In this document: positions 44,466-53,223 of the stretch, in pieces
How positions within the stretch are numbered: the first letter of the stretch is position 1
Layout of the letters: each line of letters begins with the position of its first letter
Source: Acutalibacteraceae bacterium
Lineage (GTDB): Bacteria; Actinomycetota; Coriobacteriia; Coriobacteriales; UMGS124
Assembly: GCA_963619535.1 (NCBI GenBank)
Contig: CAVEWV010000001.1
Span: 7,132-71,131, forward strand
DNA: 64,000 bases
Reading direction: 5' to 3'
The notes under the pieces: model-generated
The model's database searches: none
What the model was told of the DNA's origin: nothing
Seen by the model: the letters and a program-made list of their open reading frames with translations, nothing else
Program-made: the position numbers and the translations under genes

Positions 44466-47315
44466 CTACTTCGCCTCCGCCCAGTTCTCGCCCTGCGCGC
44501 ACGACACGAGCAGCGGCACCCGCAGCTCCACCACGCCCTGCATCTCCTGGACCACCATGGCGCTCAGGGCCTGCACCTCGTCGCGCGGGCAGTCGAAGTC
44601 GAGCTCGTCGTGGACCTGCACGATCATCTTCGCCGCGAAGCCCCCTTCCAGCAGCCTGCGCTGCACGCGCACCATGGCGAGCTTGATGATGTCGGCGGCC
44701 GACCCCTGCATGGGGTGGTTCATGGCGGTGCGCTCGGCGAACTGGCGCTGGGCGGGGATGTGGGCGTGGATGGCCGGCACGTGGCGCTTGCGGCCGAACA
44801 TCGTCTCCACGTAGCCCTTCTGGCGGGCGAGCTGGACCTGCGCGTCGAGGTAGGTGCGCACGCCGGGGTAGGTGGCGTAGTAGCGGTCGATCATCTCCTG
44901 GGCCTGGGCGGGCGAGATCTTCAGCGTCTGCGACAGGCCCCAGGCCGTCTGGCCGTACACGATGCCGAAGTTCACGGCCTTGGCCCGGGAGCGCTGCATG
45001 GGCGTCACCTCGGCGGCCGGCACGCCGAAGACGCGCGCGGCCGTCTCGCGGTGGAAGTCCTCCCCGCTCAGGAACGCCTCCACGAGGCCCTCGTCGGCCG
45101 AGAGGTGCGCGAGCAAGCGCAGCTCGATCTGGGAGTAGTCGCAGCTCAGGATGACGTTGTCCTCGCATGCCGGCACGAAGGCCGTCCTCACCATGCGCCC
45201 CAGGTCGCTGCGCACGGGGATGTTCTGCAGGTTGGGGTCGCTGGAGGAGAGCCTGCCCGTGGCGGTGACCGTCTGGTTGTAGGTAGTGTGGACGCGCCCG
45301 TCGCCGAGCACCTGGCGCGGCAGCGCGTCCAGGTAGGTGGACTTGATCTTCACGCGCTCGCGGTAGTCGAGCACGTCGGCGACCACGGGGTAGTCGCGCG
45401 CGAACGTCTCGAGCAGCTTGGCGTTGGTGGAGTAGAAGCCCTTCTTCGTCTTCTTGAGGGGGCGGCCCGTCTCGGGGTCGTTCGTGGGCAGGCCGAGCGT
45501 GTCGAAGAGCACGCCCGAGAGCTGGGCGGGCGAGTCGATGTTGAACTCGGTGTGCGCCTCCTCGTAGATGCGCGACTCGATCTGGGCTATCTGGTCGGCC
45601 AGCAGCCCCGACTGGGAGGCGAGCTCGGTGAGGTCCACGGCCATGCCGTTTCGCTCAAGCACGGCGAGCACCGCCACGAGCGGCATCTCGATGTCGGTCA
45701 TGCACGCCTGGGTGCCGTCGGCGGCAAGGCGCGCCTCGAGGCAGGCGCGCAGGGCCACGAGCGAGGCGGCCGCGCACATGCCCCTGCGCACGCGCGACTC
45801 GGCGCTGGGGGCGGGGGCAGGCGCGTTGCGGGACTTCTTGGCGACCTCGGCAAACTCCAGCTCGGGCAGCCCCCAGGGCAGGAAGGCCTCGACGAGGGTG
45901 GAGGGCTCGAAGTCGGAGCGGTCCGAGTCGAGCAGGTAGGCGGCCACTGCCACGTCGAAGACGTCGCCGGGGCGGCGCGTGGCGAAGTCGGCCGCGTCGA
46001 GCTCGAAAGGCTCGCAGGAGTCGAGCGGGTACAGCAGGCGCAGGTCGTCCTTCGTGGCGAAGGAGACCACGCGGCACGCCTCATAGGCGCGCTTCAGGGC
46101 CGGCAGGGCATCCTCGCCCTCGAAGCGCAGCACGCGCGCCGGCTCGGGCGCGGCGCAGCCCTCCTGGCAGCCCTCGCCCCACGTCCAGCCACCGTCGAGC
46201 GCGACCCACAGCGCCGACTCGTCGGCGAAGAGCGAGCCCGTGTCCTGCCCGGCGTCAAAGTAGCAGCCCACCCAGGCGTGGGCGTCGCACGCCACGTCCA
46301 GGGCGTCCCGGGCGTCCTGCCCGCAGAGGGCCTGGTCGGGAAGGTTGGGGCCGGCGTGCCCCTGAGCGCGGCACTCCCCTGCCTGCGCCTCGGCCCCATC
46401 GTGGGCCCCGCCCGCCGCCAGGCGCAGGACGCGGCTCTTGACGGTGCGCAGCGCCACGGCGTCCAAGGCGCGCTCCACCTCGGCCACGTCGAAGGCCGGC
46501 CACAGGGCCTCCCCGGCCTGGAAGCTCACCGGGGCGTCGCGGCGGATGCGGGCGACCTCGCGCGAGACGAGCGCGTCGGCGGCATGGGCGCGGATGTTCT
46601 CGCCCATCTTCCCCTTTATGTTGTCGGCGTCGGCGAGCACCGCGTCGAGCGAGCCGTACTGCACGATGAGCGCCGCGGCCTTCTTGGGGCCGATGCCCGG
46701 CACGCCGGGGATGTTGTCGGAGGTGTCGCCCTTGAGGCCGTAGAAGTCGGGGATCTGCTCGGGGCGCACGCCCTCGTACAGCTCGCATATCTCGTCGGGC
46801 CCGAGCACCGCCACGTCGGTCATGCCCTTCTTGTTGGCAAGGATGGAGACGTTGGCGTCGGCGAGCTGGTAGGCGTCGCGGTCGCCGGTCACGAGCAGCA
46901 TCGAGCACCCCTGCTCCGAGCCCTGCCGGGCGAGCGTGCCGAGCAGGTCGTCGCCCTCCCAGCCCTCCACGGCGTACACCGGCACGCGCAGAGCCTCAAG
47001 AAGTTCGCGCACCATGGGGAACTGCTCGGAGAGCATGGGGTCGCGCGGGGGCCGCTGCGCCTTGTACTGGGGCAGCATCTCCATGCGCACCGCGGGCCTG
47101 CCCTTGTCGAAGGCCACCATCACGCCGTCGGGGCGGAAGTCCTCCACAAGTTTGAGAAACATCCCCATGAAGCCGAAGATGGCGTTGGTGGGGCGCCCGT
47201 CGGGGGCGTTCATGGGCGTCTGCACCGCGTGGAACGCCCTGTGCATGAGCGAGTTGCCGTCGATGACGGCATATGTGAGTCGCTTACCTGGGATTTCTTC
47301 GTTTTGCTGTTCCAT
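44466..47315 (-). CDS. polA: DNA polymerase I
   Basis: The track ORF 44466..49439 was trimmed to ATG 47315 (MEQQNEEIPGKRLTYAVIDGNSLMHRAFHA), giving 949 aa. It has a 5' nuclease domain (GWEGDDL, GDRDAYQL, NIPGVPGIGPKKA) and the Pol A motifs DYSQIELR, RSRAKAVNFGIVYG and QVHDEL. Confidence 0.95.
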   Translation of the reverse strand: MEQQNEEIPGKRLTYAVIDGNSLMHRAFHAVQTPMNAPDGRPTNAIFGFMGMFLKLVEDFRPDGVMVAFDKGRPAVRMEMLPQYKAQRPPRDPMLSEQFPMVRELLEALRVPVYAVEGWEGDDLLGTLARQGSEQGCSMLLVTGDRDAYQLADANVSILANKKGMTDVAVLGPDEICELYEGVRPEQIPDFYGLKGDTSDNIPGVPGIGPKKAAALIVQYGSLDAVLADADNIKGKMGENIRAHAADALVSREVARIRRDAPVSFQAGEALWPAFDVAEVERALDAVALRTVKSRVLRLAAGGAHDGAEAQAGECRAQGHAGPNLPDQALCGQDARDALDVACDAHAWVGCYFDAGQDTGSLFADESALWVALDGGWTWGEGCQEGCAAPEPARVLRFEGEDALPALKRAYEACRVVSFATKDDLRLLYPLDSCEPFELDAADFATRRPGDVFDVAVAAYLLDSDRSDFEPSTLVEAFLPWGLPELEFAEVAKKSRNAPAPAPSAESRVRRGMCAAASLVALRACLEARLAADGTQACMTDIEMPLVAVLAVLERNGMAVDLTELASQSGLLADQIAQIESRIYEEAHTEFNIDSPAQLSGVLFDTLGLPTNDPETGRPLKKTKKGFYSTNAKLLETFARDYPVVADVLDYRERVKIKSTYLDALPRQVLGDGRVHTTYNQTVTATGRLSSSDPNLQNIPVRSDLGRMVRTAFVPACEDNVILSCDYSQIELRLLAHLSADEGLVEAFLSGEDFHRETAARVFGVPAAEVTPMQRSRAKAVNFGIVYGQTAWGLSQTLKISPAQAQEMIDRYYATYPGVRTYLDAQVQLARQKGYVETMFGRKRHVPAIHAHIPAQRQFAERTAMNHPMQGSAADIIKLAMVRVQRRLLEGGFAAKMIVQVHDELDFDCPRDEVQALSAMVVQEMQGVVELRVPLLVSCAQGENWAEAK

Positions 47316-47346
47316 GGGAGACCTTCTGTCCAGAATCGCGGGCGAC

Positions 47347-47375
47347 TTGGGCGCCTTACGGCCCTCCGCTATAAT
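47347..47375 (+). promoter_or_regulatory. putative sigma-70-type promoter for the glutamine synthetase gene
   Basis: TTGGGC (47347-47352), a 17-nt spacer, then consensus TATAAT (47370-47375), in the AT-richer polA/GS divergent gap. This implies a ~145-nt leader. Confidence 0.4.
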
Positions 47376-47525
47376 TGCGTCTGTCGATATGATACGGTCA
47401 TGAACGCGTACCAAAACCGTAAAGCGCGTGAAACATTCGACTCCTAAAGTTTGGCCCATGCTCCGATCTTGTATCCAACCGCCCGCGCCAAGGCGCGGCC
47501 GAAACGAGAAAAGGCGGTACGAACT

Positions 47526-49607
47526 ATGGCAGACAATCCCAGCGAGTACTTCGGCTGCAAGGTATTCAGCCAGAAGCTCATGCAGGAGAAGCTCCCCAAG
47601 GTGACCTACAAGGCCCTCATGAAGACGGTGGTCGAGGGCGCGCCCCTGACCCTGGACGTGGCCAACGTCGTCGCCCACGCCATGAAGGAGTGGGCCATCG
47701 AGCAGGGCGCGACCCACTACACGCACTGGTTCCAGCCCCTCACCGGCATCACGAGCGAGAAGCACGACTCCTTCCTGAACCCCGACACCGACGGCACGGC
47801 CATCATGTCGTTCTCCGGCAAGGAGCTCGTCCAGGGCGAGCCCGACGCCTCGAGCTTCCCGTCGGGCGGCCTGCGCTCCACGTTCGAGGCCCGCGGCTAC
47901 ACCGCCTGGGACCCCACCAGCCCCGCCTTCATCAAGGACGACGTGCTGTGCATCCCCACGGCCTTCATCAGCTACAACGGCGAGTCGCTCGACAAGAAGA
48001 CGCCGCTTCTGCGCTCCATGGCCGCCGTGTCTGACCAGGCCAAGCGCGTCCTTGCCCTCTTCGGCAAGAACCCCTCCCGCGTGGTTGCCACCGTCGGCCC
48101 TGAGCAGGAGTACTTCCTCGTGAAGGAGGAGGACTTCGCCAAGCGCCCCGACCTCATCCTCACCGGCCGCACCCTCTTCGGCGCCGCCCCCGACAAGGGC
48201 CAGGAGCTCCAGGAGCACTACTTCGGCTCCATCCGCCCCACGGTGTCGCGCTTCATGAAGGAGCTCGACTCCGAGCTGTGGAAGCTCGCCGTCCCCGCCA
48301 AGACCAAGCACAACGAGGTCGCCCCCTGCCAGCACGAGCTCGCGCCCGTCTTTGAGGAGGCCAACGTCGCCATCGACCACAACCTGCTGGTCATGGAGCT
48401 CATGAAGATCATCGCCAGCCACCACGGCCTGGTGTGCCTGGAGCACGAGAAGCCCTTCGAGGGCATCAACGGCTCGGGCAAGCACGACAACTGGTCGCTG
48501 TCCGCCGACGGCGAGAACCTGCTCGACCCGGGCGACACCCCCGAGCAGAGCCTGCAGTTCCTCGTCTTCCTGACCAGCGTCATCGCCGCCGTCGACGAGT
48601 ACCAGGACATGCTGCGCGTCAGCGTCGCCTCGGCCGGCAACGACCACCGTCTGGGCGCCAACGAGGCGCCGCCCGCCATCATCTCCATCTTCCTGGGCGA
48701 CCAGCTCAACGGCATCGTCGAGGCCATCATCGAGGGCAAGACCTACGAGAGCCACGGCAAGCAGAGCATGTACCTGGGCGTGCCCGTGCTGCCCAACCTC
48801 GCCAAGGACACCACCGACCGCAACCGCACCTCGCCCTTCGCCTTCACGGGCAACAAGTTCGAGTTCCGCGCGGCCGGCTCGCGCCAGAACCTCTCCGACC
48901 CCAACATGGTGCTCAACACCGCCGTGGCCAAGACCCTCAAGGACTTCGCCGACGCCATGGAGGGCAGCGAGAACTTCGAGGCCGACGCCATGGCCTACAT
49001 TAAGAAGGCCCTGACCGACCACCAGCACGTCATCTTCAACGGTGACGGCTACAGCGCCGAGTGGCCCGTCGAGGCCGAGAAGCGCGGCCTGGCCAACCTG
49101 CGCACCCTGCCCGACGCCACGCCCTCCATGCTCAAGGAGAAGAACCTCGCCCTGCTCGAGGACTTCGGCGTCATGAGCCGTGTGGAGACCCAGAGCCACT
49201 ACGAGATCAAGCTCGAGCAGTACGCCAACCTCATCAACATCGAGGCGCTCACCATGCTCGACATGGCCAACCAGCTCATCCTGCCTGCCGTGAACAACTA
49301 CGCGGCCGACGTGGCCTCCAACCTCGCCGTGAAGCAGGACCTGGGCGTTGCCTGCAAGGCCGAGACCAAGCTGCTCAAGAAGCTCGCCGAGGGCGCCGAC
49401 CTCATCGCCGAGGACATCGAGGCGCTCCAGGCCGCCCACGACGCCATGGTCGCCACGGCCGACGTCCAGGCCCGCGGCGAGGCCTGCCGCGACAGCGTGC
49501 TGCCCGCCATGGAGAAGCTGCGCGCCGACGCCGACGCCATGGAGCTCATCTGCGCCAAGGACTACTGGCCCCTGCCCTCCTACAACGACATCCTCTTCTA
49601 CCTGTAA
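47526..49607 (+). CDS. glnN: glutamine synthetase type III
   Basis: Start re-set to ATG 47526 (MADNPSEYFGCKVFSQKLMQEKLPK). The 693-aa length, the GSIII-type N-terminus (HYTHWFQPLTG) and the catalytic region (EVAPCQHELAP, NGSGKHDNWS) are typical of GlnN. Confidence 0.93.
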   Translation: MADNPSEYFGCKVFSQKLMQEKLPKVTYKALMKTVVEGAPLTLDVANVVAHAMKEWAIEQGATHYTHWFQPLTGITSEKHDSFLNPDTDGTAIMSFSGKELVQGEPDASSFPSGGLRSTFEARGYTAWDPTSPAFIKDDVLCIPTAFISYNGESLDKKTPLLRSMAAVSDQAKRVLALFGKNPSRVVATVGPEQEYFLVKEEDFAKRPDLILTGRTLFGAAPDKGQELQEHYFGSIRPTVSRFMKELDSELWKLAVPAKTKHNEVAPCQHELAPVFEEANVAIDHNLLVMELMKIIASHHGLVCLEHEKPFEGINGSGKHDNWSLSADGENLLDPGDTPEQSLQFLVFLTSVIAAVDEYQDMLRVSVASAGNDHRLGANEAPPAIISIFLGDQLNGIVEAIIEGKTYESHGKQSMYLGVPVLPNLAKDTTDRNRTSPFAFTGNKFEFRAAGSRQNLSDPNMVLNTAVAKTLKDFADAMEGSENFEADAMAYIKKALTDHQHVIFNGDGYSAEWPVEAEKRGLANLRTLPDATPSMLKEKNLALLEDFGVMSRVETQSHYEIKLEQYANLINIEALTMLDMANQLILPAVNNYAADVASNLAVKQDLGVACKAETKLLKKLAEGADLIAEDIEALQAAHDAMVATADVQARGEACRDSVLPAMEKLRADADAMELICAKDYWPLPSYNDILFYL

Positions 49608-49661
49608 GAGGCGCGCCGTTGCTTAGAGGCGTCGTTTGACGAGGCTTTAAGCTATGGGAAA

Positions 49662-49691
49662 GGCCCATCGCAAAATGCGGTGGGCCTTTTT
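49662..49691 (+). terminator. rho-independent terminator of the glutamine synthetase gene
   Basis: 11-bp stem GGCCCATCGCA / TGCGGTGGGCC (one G:U pair) with loop AAA, followed by TTTTT. Confidence 0.75.
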
Positions 49692-49799
49692 GCTGCCCTG
49701 CATCGACACATTTGTGCGGTAAAATGACGCAGACATGCCAAAGCAGTTCCCATCCGGGGCGGGGCACAATGTTCCGCCGCCTCAAAGGAGATGACCAAC

Positions 49800-51848
49800 A
49801 TGGCACGTACCAACGCTTCTGGCTGGCTCGCGACGCGCGTCGCGATTGCAGCCGCCACGCTCGTGGCCGGTGGCGCTATCATGGCCTCGACCAGCACGTT
49901 TGTCCCCCAGGTTGCCTTGGCTGAGGAGGCCGCGGCCACCCAGGAGGCACAGCAGGCAGCCACCACGGCCCAGATCAGCGGCACGTTCTACCTCGACAGC
50001 GCCCAGTCCGTGGTCGAGAGCCTGCAGGGCACCCGCGCCGAGGACTCCGTGCTCGTGCAGACCCAGGCGCTCGACGCAAAAGCCCAGGCCCGCGCCGCAC
50101 AGTGCGCTCAGAGCGGCATACATTCTGCACAATCCGGTGACGAATGCGTCACCTACCTCGCCGCCGCCGACGCCGCCAACCCCGTCGAGGCCGTCAAGAA
50201 CATGACCGCCGACTGGTTCACCGAAGGCAGCGCGCTCAACAACACCGAGTACGGCTATTTCGGCATCGCCCTGTTCCAGACCCAGCAGGGCGACCTGTAC
50301 CTCGTCGCAGTGTTCTCCAACGAGGCCGGCAACATGGGCGAGGCCGGCCAGCTCGTGCAGGCCGTCGAGGGCTCGGGCCTGCAGGATGACGGCACCGAGG
50401 TCGGCGTCCCCGCCACCATGACCGTCGCCGTTGCCGCAAACGATGGTCAGAGCGTGGTCGACCCCCAGAACACTCCGTCTGAGGTTCAGATTTCCTTCGA
50501 CGCCAACGGCGGCACGGGCGTCATGGAGACCCTCACGGTCCCGGTCGACCAGCTCTGCGGGCTGCCGGCCGTCTCCTTCACCGCCCCCGAGGGCATGCAG
50601 TTCAAGTGCTGGAACACCCAGGCCGACGGCCTGGGCGACTCCTACGACAACACGGAATTCGTCACGCCCGGCACCGCGGGCATGACCCTCTACGCCATCT
50701 GGGAGGACGTGCCCGTCACCACGACCACCATCGCCTTCGACGCCAACGGCGGCTCGGGCGACATGGAGACCCTCACGGTCCCGGTCGACCAGGAATACAC
50801 GCTGCCGAACCTCTCCTTCACCGCCCCCGAGGGCATGCAGTTCAAGTGCTGGAACACCGACCCTGAGGGCAACGGCGACGACTACGGCAACGAGGCCGTC
50901 GTCACGCCCGGCGCCGAGGGTCTTACGCTCTACGCCATCTGGGAGGACGTGCCCGTCACCACCGTGAAGGTCAACTTCGACGCCAACGGCGGCACCGGCA
51001 CCATGGACTCCGTCGACGCCACGCTCAACGAGGGCTACACCGTGCCCGGCTGCTCCTTCACCGCGCCGGCCGGCAAGCAGTTCAAGTACTGGGCATCGAA
51101 CCGCGAGGGCAACGCCCCCATCTACCAGCAGGACGACACCTTCACGGTCACCGCTGAGACGACGCTCTACGCCATCTGGGAGGACGCGCCCGTATCGCAG
51201 GTCACCATCAGCTTCAACGCCAACGGCGGCACCGGCACCATGGACGCCGTGACGGTTGACCTGGGCAGCTCCACCACCCTGGCGAAGTGCGCCTACACGC
51301 GCAGCGGCTATGTGTTCGCCGGCTGGAACACCAAGGCCGACGGCACCGGCTCGTCCTTCGCCGACGGCGCCTCCGTCACGCCTGGCACCAACATGACGCT
51401 CTATGCCAAGTGGAACCAGACCAAGTACATCAACGGCATCCAGAACAACCTGAAGGTCACCACCACGGTCGGCACGAAGCCCACGCTTCCCACCACCGCC
51501 ATGGTGCGCTGGTCCGACAACTCCACGAGCAGCGAGTCCGTGGTCTGGACCGAGCCTGACAACTACCAGAGCCTCTACTCCGCCGTCGGCAGCTTCCAGG
51601 TGACCGGCACCGTGTCGGGCCACAGCGTGAAGTGCACCGTCAACGTGGTGGCCGCCTCTAGCAACAACGCCACGAACGGCACCAACGGCAACGGCGCCAC
51701 CTACAGCGACGTGAACCAGAACCAGTCCAACTCCATCGCCAAGACGGGCGACGAGACGGACTACACGCCCATCGCCATCGCCGCCGGCGTCGGCGTGGTC
51801 GTGGTCATCCTTGCGATCGCCCTCATCCTGAAGAGCCGCAAGAAGTAA
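49800..51848 (+). CDS. cell-wall-anchored surface protein with four Listeria-Bacteroides-type (Flg_new) repeats
   Basis: The ATG at 49800 is preferred because AAGGAG (49785-49790) lies 9 nt upstream, whereas the track ATG at 49791 abuts the RBS. It has a signal peptide (...FVPQVALA/EE) and a possible CAP/SCP-like N-terminal domain. Four ~80-aa repeats follow (F[DN]ANGG.G.M......FTAP.G..FK.WNT....YAIWE), then a Big_4-like Ig domain. The C-terminal sorting signal is IAKTG plus a hydrophobic helix plus KSRKK. Confidence 0.85.
   Translation: MARTNASGWLATRVAIAAATLVAGGAIMASTSTFVPQVALAEEAAATQEAQQAATTAQISGTFYLDSAQSVVESLQGTRAEDSVLVQTQALDAKAQARAAQCAQSGIHSAQSGDECVTYLAAADAANPVEAVKNMTADWFTEGSALNNTEYGYFGIALFQTQQGDLYLVAVFSNEAGNMGEAGQLVQAVEGSGLQDDGTEVGVPATMTVAVAANDGQSVVDPQNTPSEVQISFDANGGTGVMETLTVPVDQLCGLPAVSFTAPEGMQFKCWNTQADGLGDSYDNTEFVTPGTAGMTLYAIWEDVPVTTTTIAFDANGGSGDMETLTVPVDQEYTLPNLSFTAPEGMQFKCWNTDPEGNGDDYGNEAVVTPGAEGLTLYAIWEDVPVTTVKVNFDANGGTGTMDSVDATLNEGYTVPGCSFTAPAGKQFKYWASNREGNAPIYQQDDTFTVTAETTLYAIWEDAPVSQVTISFNANGGTGTMDAVTVDLGSSTTLAKCAYTRSGYVFAGWNTKADGTGSSFADGASVTPGTNMTLYAKWNQTKYINGIQNNLKVTTTVGTKPTLPTTAMVRWSDNSTSSESVVWTEPDNYQSLYSAVGSFQVTGTVSGHSVKCTVNVVAASSNNATNGTNGNGATYSDVNQNQSNSIAKTGDETDYTPIAIAAGVGVVVVILAIALILKSRKK
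50484..51413 (+). repeat. four tandem ~240-bp coding repeats inside the surface-protein gene
   Basis: Repeats 1 and 2 share long identical DNA runs. These include catggagaccctcacggtcccggtcgaccag, ctccttcaccgcccccgagggcatgcagttcaagtgctggaacacc and ctctacgccatctgggaggacgtgcccgtcaccac. Repeats 3 and 4 are more diverged. Confidence 0.85.
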
Positions 51849-51886
51849 GTCGCGCCTCATACAAGGGCACACGCGCCACACACGCA

Positions 51887-51924
51887 AAGGGGCTTGCAGA
51901 GCAATCTGCAAGCCCCTTCTTTGT
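51887..51924 (+). terminator. rho-independent terminator of the surface-protein gene
   Basis: 14-bp stem AAGGGGCTTGCAGA / TCTGCAAGCCCCTT with loop GCAA, followed by CTTTGTG. Confidence 0.75.
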
Positions 51925-52009
51925 GCCGGGGCACGCACGCGCTGGCATACAGAGCCGACACCCCCCGGACGCCTCGCGCAAGGGCCCCGGGCCATCTACC
52001 TCCCAGTAC

Positions 52010-52044
52010 GCAAAAGCCCCGCCAACCCAAAGGATTGACGGGGC
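52010..52044 (-). terminator. terminator downstream of the malic enzyme gene
   Basis: On the minus strand, AGCCCCG-(17 nt)-CGGGGCT is followed by TTTTGCG, about 30 nt after the stop. Confidence 0.6.
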
Positions 52045-52074
52045 TCAAGAGGCAGCGCGAAGTCGCGGCGCGAG

Positions 52075-53223
52075 CTACTTGACGCAGGAGGCCACAGCCT
52101 GGGCGACGGCGTCGGCCACGCTCTTGTCCAGGGCGCTCGGGATGACGTAGTCGGCGCAGAGCTGCTCGGGCGTCACGAGGTCGGCGATGGCGTAGGCGGC
52201 CTTAATCTCCATCTCCTCGGTGATCTGAGGCGCACGTGCCGCCAGGGCACCCTTGAAGATGCCCGGGAACACGAGCACGTTGTTGATCTGGTTGGGGAAG
52301 TCAGAGCGGCCGGTGCCCACGACGGCAGCGCCGCCGGCCTTGGCCACGTCGGGCATGATCTCGGGCACGGGGTTGGCCATGGCGAAGACGATGCCGTCCT
52401 TCATGGTGGCGACCATCTCGGCGCTCACCACGTTGGCCGCGGAGACGCCCACGAAGGCGTCGGCGCCCTTGAGCGCGTCGGCCAGGGTGCCGGTGAGGTG
52501 CTTGCGGTTCGTGACCTTGGCGATCTCGGCCTTGGCGCTGTTCAGGCGCTCGTCGCCCTCGCACACGATGCCCTTGGAGTCGCACAGGATGATGTCGCCG
52601 AAGCCCATGTGCAGCATGAGCTCGGCGATGGCGATGCCGGCCGCGCCGGCGCCGTTGATGACGATGGTCATCTCGCCCATCTTCTTGCCCGTCACCTTCA
52701 TGGCGTTGAGCATGGCCGCGGAGGTCACGATGGCCGTGCCGTGCTGGTCGTCATGGAACACGGGGATGTCGCAGACCTCCTTCAGGCGACGCTCGATCTC
52801 GAAGCAGCGGGGCGCGGAGATATCCTCCAGGTTGATGCCGCCGAACGACTTGGAGATGAGCTGGATGGTGCGGACGATCTCGTCGGTGTCCTTGGAGTCG
52901 ATGCACAGGGGGAACGCGTCCACGCCGCCGAACTCCTTGAACAGGACGCACTTGCCCTCCATGACGGGCATGCCGGCCGCAGGGCCGATGTCGCCCAGGC
53001 CCAGGACGGCCGTGCCGTCGGTGATGACGGCCACGAGGTTGCTGCGGCGCGTGAGCTCCCAGGACTTCTGGTAGTCCTTGTTGATGACGCGGCAGGGCTC
53101 GGCCACGCCGGGGGTGTAGAGAAGCGACAGGTCCTCGGCGCTCTCGATGTGCTTGCGGGCCACGACCTCGATCTTGCCCTGCATCTGCTCGTGCAGCTTC
53201 AGGCTCTCCTCGCTGACGTTCAT
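52075..53223 (-). CDS. NAD(P)-dependent malic enzyme (short, prokaryotic type)
   Basis: 382 aa with LSLLYTPGVAEPC, VITDGTAVLGLGDIGP.AGMPVMEGK, FGGINLEDI and the Rossmann motif INGAGAAG. The ATG directly abuts the fumC stop (TAAATG). Confidence 0.92.
   Translation of the reverse strand: MNVSEESLKLHEQMQGKIEVVARKHIESAEDLSLLYTPGVAEPCRVINKDYQKSWELTRRSNLVAVITDGTAVLGLGDIGPAAGMPVMEGKCVLFKEFGGVDAFPLCIDSKDTDEIVRTIQLISKSFGGINLEDISAPRCFEIERRLKEVCDIPVFHDDQHGTAIVTSAAMLNAMKVTGKKMGEMTIVINGAGAAGIAIAELMLHMGFGDIILCDSKGIVCEGDERLNSAKAEIAKVTNRKHLTGTLADALKGADAFVGVSAANVVSAEMVATMKDGIVFAMANPVPEIMPDVAKAGGAAVVGTGRSDFPNQINNVLVFPGIFKGALAARAPQITEEMEIKAAYAIADLVTPEQLCADYVIPSALDKSVADAVAQAVASCVK

Noticed and set aside
44466-49439. 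A 1657-aa minus-strand ORF in the track.
   Set aside because: Only the last 949 codons (from ATG 47315, with an RBS) are PolA. The upstream ~700 codons are antisense to the type III glutamine synthetase gene and cross the intergenic promoter region, so this is a read-through artefact.
50484-51413. Regularly spaced ~240-bp direct repeats that could be mistaken for a repeat array or CRISPR-like locus.
   Set aside because: The repeats are in frame inside one long ORF and encode four protein-domain copies. The period is far longer than a CRISPR repeat plus spacer, there are no short palindromic repeats, and no cas genes are nearby.
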